From an uncultured Candidatus Saccharibacteria bacterium (GTDB taxonomy: Bacteria > Patescibacteriota > Dojkabacteria > SC72), in assembly GCA_964405015.1 (NCBI GenBank), contig CAYOME010000002.1, forward strand, positions 7,702 through 66,173: a stretch of 58,472 bases of DNA. Direction: 5' to 3'. Made by a program: the position numbers and the translations under genes. Shown piece by piece: positions 28,511-35,901 of the stretch. Each line of letters opens with the position of its first letter. Positions within the stretch are counted from its first letter, which is position 1. The notes beneath the pieces are model-generated. The model did not search any database, was not told the DNA's origin, and saw only the letters and a program-made list of their open reading frames with translations.

Positions 28511-29462
28511 TGTTTTAGAATCACTTAAGAAGGTTTCTGAAAAACTTTCAAAGGTTGAAATCAACAATAATAAAATAGAAGAGTTTGCTACTAAAGTAAC
28601 CTCTGTTGATCTAAAGATCTCAGAGATTGCACTTGCAAAGTATGATTGGACCCTTGAGCAACTGATTGATTTAGTATTTACCTTCAATGTGATTAACTAT
28701 TGTTTTTGGGCAGAGAAAGACTCCCCGAAGTGGACTATTGAACTTGAAGGGAAAATGTTAGATGGCTCAATTGCATTGTTTAGAGCGTTAGAAGTGAAGA
28801 AAAAAGAAGTTGATTCTTTTACCACAGGTGAGTCTTTAGCGAACTTGTCTAGCAATGAGCTCGCAAGAATCCTAAAAGGTAATATAAAGATCCCATTATT
28901 CATGGAAAGGCTCAAAGGTCTTAATGAAACTGGTGGCGTTTTAATTTCAAAATACAATGGTAGATGGAGTAATGTATTAGAAGAATCACGAAATAATGCC
29001 AGTTTATTAGCGGAAATTCTTGCCGACAACTTCCTATCTTTTGAAGACAGTTCGATTTTTAAAGGTGAAAAAATTGGTTTCTACAAAAGGGCTCAATTGA
29101 ACTCTAAAATGATAAGTGATGCACGAGTATTAAAAGGTAGAAGTGAGTTAGCGGATCTAGCGAAATTAACAGCATTTGCTGATTACAAAGTACCGCAGAT
29201 CTTGAGATCACTGGAAATACTTGAATACTCGGAGGATTTTGCTAGTAAAATTGATTCTTTACATGTTATTGAAAAAGATTCAGATGAAGAAAATGAGATT
29301 AGAATTGCTACAATTTTGAGTGTAGAAAAAATGTTAGAGTTATTATCAGAAAAATTTTCAAACGTCACATCTTCACATGTTAATAGCTTATTATGGAATA
29401 AATCTCAGAATTTGAAACGCGATATTAATCCTTATCATAGGACATATACAACTGCTTACTAA
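28503..29462 (+). CDS. queuosine-salvage protein family (DUF2419/QNG1-like)
   Basis: 319 aa with FNVINYCFWAE and FADYKVPQILR motifs, as I recall them for PF10343. The start overlaps the upstream stop by 8 nt. Confidence 0.6.
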   Translation: MINVLESLKKVSEKLSKVEINNNKIEEFATKVTSVDLKISEIALAKYDWTLEQLIDLVFTFNVINYCFWAEKDSPKWTIELEGKMLDGSIALFRALEVKKKEVDSFTTGESLANLSSNELARILKGNIKIPLFMERLKGLNETGGVLISKYNGRWSNVLEESRNNASLLAEILADNFLSFEDSSIFKGEKIGFYKRAQLNSKMISDARVLKGRSELADLAKLTAFADYKVPQILRSLEILEYSEDFASKIDSLHVIEKDSDEENEIRIATILSVEKMLELLSEKFSNVTSSHVNSLLWNKSQNLKRDINPYHRTYTTAY

Positions 29463-29760
29463 CGATTTTTAAGCTTATTAAGGATTTTAGCAAAAGCGTA
29501 CCACAATATCTGGAACGGAAACAAAAACAAACTCATCAAACAGCCGTAATTCCTAAACCCCGAATTGTAATAAACACTCGCCCCTTTTCCTCTTCTGTAA
29601 ATCATAACAATCGCCCTAACAACTTAAATCTAAAGTTGGAAGCTCAAATAGGAACTTCCACTTGTACTCAAACTCTTTAACATATGAGATAATGCTATCA
29701 ATGAGAGGGAGAATCCGTTCGTACATAGTACGATCGCCCCGATTAATACAAACAAAACAT

Positions 29761-30840
29761 ATGAAAATACTACTGTGTGCAGGTACTAGACCAAACTTTG
29801 TAAAGATAGCTCCACTGTATACAGAAGCGATTAAACAAGGTATTGATGTAAAGATTCTTCATACAGGTCAACACTATGATTTTAGTCTCAATCAAGTATT
29901 CTTTGATCAATTAGGTTTACCAAAACCAGATATACAATTGGAAGCACCTCAATCTCAAGGTAGGCAATATGTTGATGATATGGCTACTCTTGTTAAAGAT
30001 TCTTTAAGTAGAAATTCCTTTGACTATGCACTTACTGTAGGAGATGTATACTCTACACTCGGAAGTACATTAGGATGTAGAGCAGCTCATATACCTGTTG
30101 CTCATGTAGAAGCTGGACTTAGGAGCCATGATGAAAGAATGCCAGAAGAAGCTAATAGGTTGGAGGTTGATCGAATTGCTGATTTTAAATTTATATCTGA
30201 ACCTGATGGGGTTATTAACCTCAAAATTGCAGGTCTTTACAACGAAAAAACTTGTTTTCTTGTTGGTAATGTCGTTATCGATAACCTACTAAACAATATG
30301 AGTAAGATTGATAATGCAGAGATGCCAAGTAATCTTGTACTCCCTCCTAAATCATACATACTCACCACACTGCATAGGCCTTCTAATGTTGATGAAAAGG
30401 AGAGGGTTGGTGATTTACTTAGATTCCTAGATGATTTGTCTAAGACAATTAAGATTGTTCTACCACTTCATCCACGTACTAAGTTACATATTGAAGAGTT
30501 TGGGCTTACACATTTGCTTAAAAATATCATAGTAGTAGAACCTTTAGGATATTTCCAATTCTTACATCTTTTGAAAAATTCTAAATTCATAATTACTGAT
30601 TCTGGAGGTGCACAAGAAGAGAGTTCAATATTAAATATCCCTTGTATTACTATCCGTTGTAATACAGAAAGACCTATTACAATATTAAAAGGTACGAGTG
30701 TTTTAGCAGGTGAAGATATTAGGTTATTAGATTACTATACTACATTAGCTATGGAAGGGAGGTTAACTAAACAATTCAATTATGAATTATGGGATGGTAA
30801 GGCTTCTGAAAGAATATTGAATATTTTAAAAGATCTTTAA
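29761..30840 (+). CDS. wecB: UDP-N-acetylglucosamine 2-epimerase (non-hydrolysing)
   Basis: MKILLCAGTRPNFVKIAPL, HVEAGLRS and ITDSGGAQEE motifs. I moved the start to 29761, because the track ORF adds 33 non-conserved residues. Confidence 0.85.
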   Translation: MKILLCAGTRPNFVKIAPLYTEAIKQGIDVKILHTGQHYDFSLNQVFFDQLGLPKPDIQLEAPQSQGRQYVDDMATLVKDSLSRNSFDYALTVGDVYSTLGSTLGCRAAHIPVAHVEAGLRSHDERMPEEANRLEVDRIADFKFISEPDGVINLKIAGLYNEKTCFLVGNVVIDNLLNNMSKIDNAEMPSNLVLPPKSYILTTLHRPSNVDEKERVGDLLRFLDDLSKTIKIVLPLHPRTKLHIEEFGLTHLLKNIIVVEPLGYFQFLHLLKNSKFIITDSGGAQEESSILNIPCITIRCNTERPITILKGTSVLAGEDIRLLDYYTTLAMEGRLTKQFNYELWDGKASERILNILKDL

Positions 30841-30893
30841 TAAAATTCTTTAAGTGCTATCATCTATATATTTAATATTGATATATTTAAAAA

Positions 30894-31412
30894 ATGAAAA
30901 AAGTGTCTCCATTAGTAATAGTAATAGGTATTGTAGGATTACTACTTACATTAGGATTAGTATATTTCTTTGTATTTAACAAAGATGTAGAAATATCAGA
31001 TACAGGTAAAAGGTTGATATACAAATACAATGATTCTTCTGTATCTTCTGAATATCAAAGAAACTATGAAATTACATTAACAGAAAAGGGTGTAAAGATA
31101 GTTGTAGATTCATATGGTGATGTTCTTGAAGAAAAGAGTTTCTCTCTTTCAAAAGGACAAACAAGTAAATTCTTTGATGGACTAGAGGAATATAGCTTAG
31201 AGATATTAGAAGATGGTAGTGAAATGGACAATGGTTGTGTAGGTGGTACATCAGATACTTTAAAGATATATGATGAAAAGAACTCCTTAACATTAGATGG
31301 TGTTAGATCTAATTGTGGTGGACAAACGAATGGTAATATCTCTGGTGATTTTGATTCATTAGTAAATGATATTACTGAATTAGTACCAAACTTTGAGAAT
31401 TTAGTTAAGTAG
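30894..31412 (+). CDS. membrane-anchored hypothetical protein
   Basis: 172 aa with an N-terminal TM helix. No recognised domain. Confidence 0.5.
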   Translation: MKKVSPLVIVIGIVGLLLTLGLVYFFVFNKDVEISDTGKRLIYKYNDSSVSSEYQRNYEITLTEKGVKIVVDSYGDVLEEKSFSLSKGQTSKFFDGLEEYSLEILEDGSEMDNGCVGGTSDTLKIYDEKNSLTLDGVRSNCGGQTNGNISGDFDSLVNDITELVPNFENLVK

Positions 31413-31508
31413 GTATTTCTTACTAAAGGTTTTTTAATATATTTCACATATTGTCTTTTCTTTGGTATGGTAGAACTTGTCTTTGCTTAAATTCAGTACT
31501 ACTAGATC

Positions 31509-31685
31509 ATGGAAAAAGACTTTAACGACAAAATTTTAGGATATCTTTTAATATTTACTCTATTTCTTGTATTAATTACTTTAATATTTGCTGTTATTAA
31601 ATTAACTAATACTTCTGATGAAGTAAGGGGTGTAGTTAGTGATGTTGTTACATATATATTAAAAAGTAAGGATCTCTTACTTTAG
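31509..31685 (+). CDS. possible 58-aa single-pass membrane protein
   Basis: ATG..TAG ORF below the track cutoff (MEKDFNDKILGYLLIFTLFLVLITLIFAVIKL...) in an otherwise empty 330-nt gap. Confidence 0.3.
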   Translation: MEKDFNDKILGYLLIFTLFLVLITLIFAVIKLTNTSDEVRGVVSDVVTYILKSKDLLL

Positions 31686-31746
31686 TACTCATTTCTTTTC
31701 TCAAGAAGGTATATAATATGGGTATATTAATTATGATTTTTCAAAT

Positions 31747-32601
31747 ATGGATTTGACAATAGAAAATAGAGAATCTACGTATGTAGATGGATACAATTTC
31801 TATTTAGGTACTGTCTCTGCGAATTCAGAAGAAATAGAAGAAGAAATTAAAAACTCAAAGAGACTTGTTAAAGCAAATGATTTGAACGTATTTGGTCCTG
31901 TGGGAACATATGTTGATGATGAGAAGAGTCTTTCGACACCAATTTCTACTCAAGGGGGCGAAGCTAACTTTGAGAGTGAGGGAGAGTATCAATTAGCACT
32001 CCTATCTAATGAACCTAGTACAGAATATACTGGCCCCGATGGTTCTAATAAATATTATAAATGCTATATTTCTAATGGCCTTGAGGTCGTTGATTGTTAT
32101 ATCCCTGAGAATTACCTTCAGACGGTATTTAAATACAAAGAGATGCCAGATGAACTTAAAAAAGCTTCTAAACCAGAAGATGTATATGAATGGATTAATG
32201 GCTCAGAGAATTCTTTAGAAAGGGGTATTCGAACAGTTGCTTTTGTTGAGTATACTAGAGAATCTTTTACAAGAGAAGAGTTCTTAAATGTTTTGAATAT
32301 GGTATATGGTGAGATGCCTTCTCTTATATTTAATTCTACTAACTTTGATTTTCTAACTAAAGAATTCCAAAGTGGAGGTATGGATAGTGGTCGGGTTGTA
32401 AGAGATAGTATGGGATTGATTAATCAAGCAGTTGAATATATTAAGAAGAATCCAGATCAAATGCATATAGTTAATGGATATATAGATAATCTTAAGAATG
32501 CTGTATTGGATGGCTTAGGATTAGAAAGAGGAATTGGTGAATATATTACTTCTCCCTATGATGATACTGTTAAACAGTTAAGGGGAAATCAAGGGGTTTA
32601 A
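31747..32601 (+). CDS. hypothetical protein
   Basis: 284-aa ORF with no signal peptide and no recognised domain. Its stop codon overlaps the left outer inverted repeat. Confidence 0.5.
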   Translation: MDLTIENRESTYVDGYNFYLGTVSANSEEIEEEIKNSKRLVKANDLNVFGPVGTYVDDEKSLSTPISTQGGEANFESEGEYQLALLSNEPSTEYTGPDGSNKYYKCYISNGLEVVDCYIPENYLQTVFKYKEMPDELKKASKPEDVYEWINGSENSLERGIRTVAFVEYTRESFTREEFLNVLNMVYGEMPSLIFNSTNFDFLTKEFQSGGMDSGRVVRDSMGLINQAVEYIKKNPDQMHIVNGYIDNLKNAVLDGLGLERGIGEYITSPYDDTVKQLRGNQGV

Positions 32602-32614
32602 AAGAGGTTATACT
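32600..32614. repeat. outer inverted repeat, left arm
   Basis: AAAAGAGGTTATACT is the exact reverse complement of 33612-33626. Confidence 0.85.
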
Positions 32615-32633
32615 TTATGAAATGAGTTAGAGA

Positions 32634-32665
32634 GGCAAGGTGTAGGTCACCAGTTACACCTTGCC
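32634..32665. terminator. perfect 11-bp-stem hairpin after the cassette gene, containing the inner repeat
   Basis: GGCAAGGTGTA-ggtcaccagt-TACACCTTGCC lies 18 nt beyond the stop of the minus-strand gene. It has no clear U-tract. Confidence 0.45.
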
Positions 32666-32682
32666 TCGTCATGGCTCATATT

Positions 32683-33501
32683 CTAAGGTGCTAATTGAAG
32701 CATCATGGGAGAACTCGCTAGTTGTACTAGCAAAATAGGAAACGATACAAACGGGGGGCTCATTAAGTAAGCACCTTGGTCTGATTCCCTATATTCCTCT
32801 AAAAGAGAATTGATATTTTCATTCATCAATTCCAATTCTTCTGGAGTAATGGGGGTTGCAACAATGACCAAAACCTCCCTATTTGGGAATCCGTATCCAT
32901 AGAGTACATTCCCACCAGCTGTTGCAAAGTAATATGCGGGCAGTGCCATATTTACTTCCGGTTGCTTTTGGGTTTCATTCATCTGAACCCACTTTGGCAA
33001 CAACACACCGCCTGGCCCACAATGGTAATTCCGGAAATTTTGATTTTCCGATTCTACAGCATCTGCCCAATTCTGGGAATTTTTTGGTTTAGACCTTTTT
33101 ACTTCTTCCGCAAAACCCTGTGTCTTTACCCTTGCTTCCGTCTTGTCGTTTCCTTGCAGTTTTTGTCCCCACGTACGGGATCGTTCTGTCTCGTACATGG
33201 TTGTACTGAAATCTTCTGCCGTATACGGGGAGGTTAAGAGATAGTGCTTGTTTTTTAGCACAATTTTAACTTCATTCCGGTAGTAAGTTACTGCAGGATC
33301 GTTGCTAATGATCAAATCTAGGATTTGATCGATAATATCCCAGTCGAGAGGGTGGTTCCCACAAAAATTGTGAGCCCACCAGTGTCCAGCTCTCGCTGGT
33401 TGCGCAGCAGCTGGGGCAATGGGCCCTGCAGCAGGAAGTGCTGCACAGCCATACAAACCGACCATCATTAAGATGGTCAACCCGGTTAATAACTTTCTCA
33501 T
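32683..33501 (-). CDS. lipoprotein of unknown function, compositionally foreign
   Basis: 272 aa with a signal peptide ending LYGC and a strong GGAGA SD. It is much richer in G+C and GC-ending codons than its neighbours. Confidence 0.65.
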   Translation of the reverse strand: MRKLLTGLTILMMVGLYGCAALPAAGPIAPAAAQPARAGHWWAHNFCGNHPLDWDIIDQILDLIISNDPAVTYYRNEVKIVLKNKHYLLTSPYTAEDFSTTMYETERSRTWGQKLQGNDKTEARVKTQGFAEEVKRSKPKNSQNWADAVESENQNFRNYHCGPGGVLLPKWVQMNETQKQPEVNMALPAYYFATAGGNVLYGYGFPNREVLVIVATPITPEELELMNENINSLLEEYRESDQGAYLMSPPFVSFPILLVQLASSPMMLQLAP

Positions 33502-33611
33502 TTTATTTCTCCTTTTTTTTTTGTGTTAGTTGGTGACCTACACACTAATATTACTAAATAAATTAGTAACAATAATGTGTAAGCCACATCAATACACAAA
33601 AGGAGAAATTT

Positions 33612-33626
33612 AGTATAACCTCTTTT
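33612..33626. repeat. outer inverted repeat, right arm
   Basis: AGTATAACCTCTTTT is the exact reverse complement of 32600-32614. Confidence 0.85.
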
Positions 33627-33975
33627 TTTAAAGAGCAGATATAGGTATAGTTAGAATTAACATATATTCCTATATGAAGCTTTATTATACCCCATAGTAG
33701 GTATCTGTGTCCATATTACCTTACTTCTTGAGCATACCCATATTAAGCTATAGGTTTGACTAAAAATACATATTTCGATATGTGAACAATATATATTCCA
33801 TAATATTAGCCAATGGACCTGTAGTATGTTGCTTGAAATGCGTAAACATGCCTCCTAAAGCTTTGTAGTACAAAATTAAAAGACAATATAGCATAGCTAT
33901 AACTTAAAAATAGTAGAAATTCATACAAAAGATATATAACATATAGTCATATATAAATTGTCATTGATATTTAAT

Positions 33976-34380
33976 ATGACAAGTAAAGAAAGAGTATTAC
34001 TACTCTCAATATTCATTTCAGTATTCGGGTTCTCACTCTTTAGTGCATTTAATCCATTAAAACAAGAGGTAGGAGTACCCAAGTTTGTAGTAGCTTCAGA
34101 ATATATAACTAAGGTACCAATATCGCAAGAACAGTATGCATATGACGACAATTTTGAAGTAGACAGAAAATATAGTAGGTATGATTCAAGTAAATCTAGA
34201 ATGGTAAATATGTTAAGTATATCCTTGGGTATGTCTACAGAGGATGTACAGGAGGCTTTAGATGGTGGAGTTAGACCAAGTGAGATGTTAGCAAGTAATG
34301 GTATATTGCTTTCAGATTTAGAAGAGGATTTTAATTTTGAATTGGTTGGAGAGAGGGGTTTAGTGAGGTTTTTCAGTTGA
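33976..34380 (+). CDS. membrane-anchored hypothetical protein
   Basis: I prefer the ATG at 33976 to the TTG at 33958. N-terminal TM helix, no recognised domain. Confidence 0.5.
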   Translation: MTSKERVLLLSIFISVFGFSLFSAFNPLKQEVGVPKFVVASEYITKVPISQEQYAYDDNFEVDRKYSRYDSSKSRMVNMLSISLGMSTEDVQEALDGGVRPSEMLASNGILLSDLEEDFNFELVGERGLVRFFS

Positions 34381-34441
34381 GAAATATGCTTAAATTTGGT
34401 ATAACTACATAGCTATATCGCCTTGCGTCATATGACGAATT

Positions 34442-34469
34442 AAAACCGGCCAGCAGTGGTCGGTTTTTT
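34442..34469. terminator. rho-independent terminator (A-tract/hairpin/T-tract)
   Basis: AAAACCGGCC-agcagt-GGTCGGTTTTTT. Confidence 0.55.
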
Positions 34470-34486
34470 GTTAAACCGACCTAAGC

Positions 34487-34622
34487 CTTGTACTAGTTGA
34501 TCGCTAGTACAAAGTACTAAAGAAGAGACGTTTTCTTTAGTAAAACTACCTGTCGGGCAGTGTGAAAGTAATTTCCACTGGAATGGAATTCGTTACATGG
34601 ACGAATTCCATACCCCGAGGGT
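34487..34622 (+). other. hairpin-dense spacer (candidate structured RNA or 5' leader of the ferredoxin operon)
   Basis: Three consecutive perfect stems of 9, 10 and 11 bp (34488-34512, 34515-34542, 34583-34611) plus smaller ones. Confidence 0.3.
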
Positions 34623-34682
34623 TGATATCTTTTTCCTTTTTTGAAAGAATTAGAGATATATATAATTTGAGGGAACTAGAAT

Positions 34683-34886
34683 ATGAAAGTTTCAATAGAT
34701 CAAAGTAAGTGTGTAGCATGTGGATCATGTGTAGCAATATGTCCAGAGGTATTTGAAATGAAAGAAGATGGTACTGTAGATGTAAAAGCCGAGTGGAAGG
34801 GTAAAGAGATTCCAGAAGAGCTAAAAGAGAAAGTACAAGAAGCACATGATATGTGTCCTGCAACTGCAATAGTGATTGAGGAATAG
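34683..34886 (+). CDS. small ferredoxin (single [4Fe-4S]/[3Fe-4S] type)
   Basis: 67 aa with CVACGSCVAICP...CP cluster ligands. GAGGGA SD upstream. Confidence 0.85.
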   Translation: MKVSIDQSKCVACGSCVAICPEVFEMKEDGTVDVKAEWKGKEIPEELKEKVQEAHDMCPATAIVIEE

Positions 34887-34889
34887 GGG

Positions 34890-35483
34890 ATGAAAGAAAA
34901 TCTGCTTAGAAAGATATTGTGCATACAAGGTGATGTACTTTTTAAAGAAGGTAAATGGAATGGTCTAAAGAGTACAGACTTAGAGAAATATCTAGAGTTA
35001 ATAAAGAGTAAGTCAGAGTTTAGAGTAAGGGATACTCTTGAACAGGATCCTTCATACAAACAAATAGTTGCACAAGTAATACTTAAATACAAAGATAAAT
35101 ATTACCTACATAGATTAGTTCAAAGAAATGAAGGAAGACTCAATGGACTATGTCCTTTACCACTAGGTGGACATATTGATGAGGTCAAGGATTACAAGGG
35201 TGATGACTTAGTGGAGCATGCTTTAATGCAAGAGCTAAGTGAAGAGGTTACACTTAATTCTAAAATATTAAGTAAAGAATTCTTGGGATTAATATATCTT
35301 GAAGATGAAAATCCTGTTAATCATTTACATGTAGGTTTTGTGTATGTATTTGAATTAGATGGTGATGATGTACATGTAAAAGAAGAGGGTTTGGAAGATA
35401 TTGGTTTTGTTAGTTTAGATTACCTAAAGACTAACAAAGAAGAATTAACATATTGGAGTAGAGTAGTAATATATCATTTATAG
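34890..35483 (+). CDS. Nudix-family hydrolase-like protein
   Basis: GGHIDEVKDYKGDDLVEHALMQELSEEVTL approximates the Nudix box. Confidence 0.55.
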   Translation: MKENLLRKILCIQGDVLFKEGKWNGLKSTDLEKYLELIKSKSEFRVRDTLEQDPSYKQIVAQVILKYKDKYYLHRLVQRNEGRLNGLCPLPLGGHIDEVKDYKGDDLVEHALMQELSEEVTLNSKILSKEFLGLIYLEDENPVNHLHVGFVYVFELDGDDVHVKEEGLEDIGFVSLDYLKTNKEELTYWSRVVIYHL

Positions 35484-35487
35484 CTAT

Positions 35488-35901
35488 ATGGAAGACTGTG
35501 TATTTTGTAAAATAATTAAGGGAGATATACCTTCATACAAGATATATGAAGACGAGTATGTAATATCTTTCTTAGATATTTCTCCAACAAGTAAGGGACA
35601 CACACTTGTAATACCTAAAAAACATTACAAGGATATCTTAGAAATATCAGAGGAAGATCTCTGTAATACAATGAAAGCTCTTAGAAAGGTATGTAGTAAT
35701 ATTAAGGAGAAATACAATCCTGAAGGATTTGTAATAAGGCAGAACAATGGAGAGAAAGCTGGTCAATCAGTATTCCATATTCACTTCCATATTAAACCAG
35801 TATATTCTGATACAAAAGTACTCTCTGATGAAGATAGTAGAACTACTTTTACTAATGAAGAGATGGGAGATTTTGTTAATCAATTAAAAATGATTAATTA
35901 G
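35488..35901 (+). CDS. HIT-family nucleotide hydrolase/transferase (Hint-like)
   Basis: CVFCKII and the histidine triad HIHFHIKP. Confidence 0.85.
   Translation: MEDCVFCKIIKGDIPSYKIYEDEYVISFLDISPTSKGHTLVIPKKHYKDILEISEEDLCNTMKALRKVCSNIKEKYNPEGFVIRQNNGEKAGQSVFHIHFHIKPVYSDTKVLSDEDSRTTFTNEEMGDFVNQLKMIN

Larger units (their letters stand above)
32600..33626. mobile_element. inverted-repeat-bounded, G+C-richer single-gene cassette (candidate non-autonomous mobile element)
   Basis: Perfect 15-bp terminal inverted repeats, a nested 13-bp inverted pair and a compositionally foreign cargo gene. No transposase is present. Confidence 0.4.

Noticed and set aside
29662-29760. 33-codon extension upstream of wecB.
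   Set aside because: WecB homologues start at MKILL..GTRPN. The extension lies in the compositionally odd spacer and has no SD.
32883-33237. Plus-strand ORFs 32883-33092 and 32962-33237 inside the cassette.
   Set aside because: They are by-products of the higher G+C (fewer stop codons) on the strand opposite a gene that has a signal peptide and a strong SD.
32600-33626. The G+C-rich segment as a chimeric assembly or contamination artefact, or as an integron cassette with an attC site.
   Set aside because: The symmetric nested inverted repeats lie in host-like AT-rich DNA on both sides, which argues against a simple mis-join, although read mapping is still needed. The hairpin lacks the attC R''/R' core (RYYYAAC/GTTRRRY), and no integron integrase is nearby.
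34546-35092. Minus-strand ORFs 34546-34869 and 34700-35092.
   Set aside because: They are antisense to the ferredoxin and Nudix genes, which have clear motifs and SDs.
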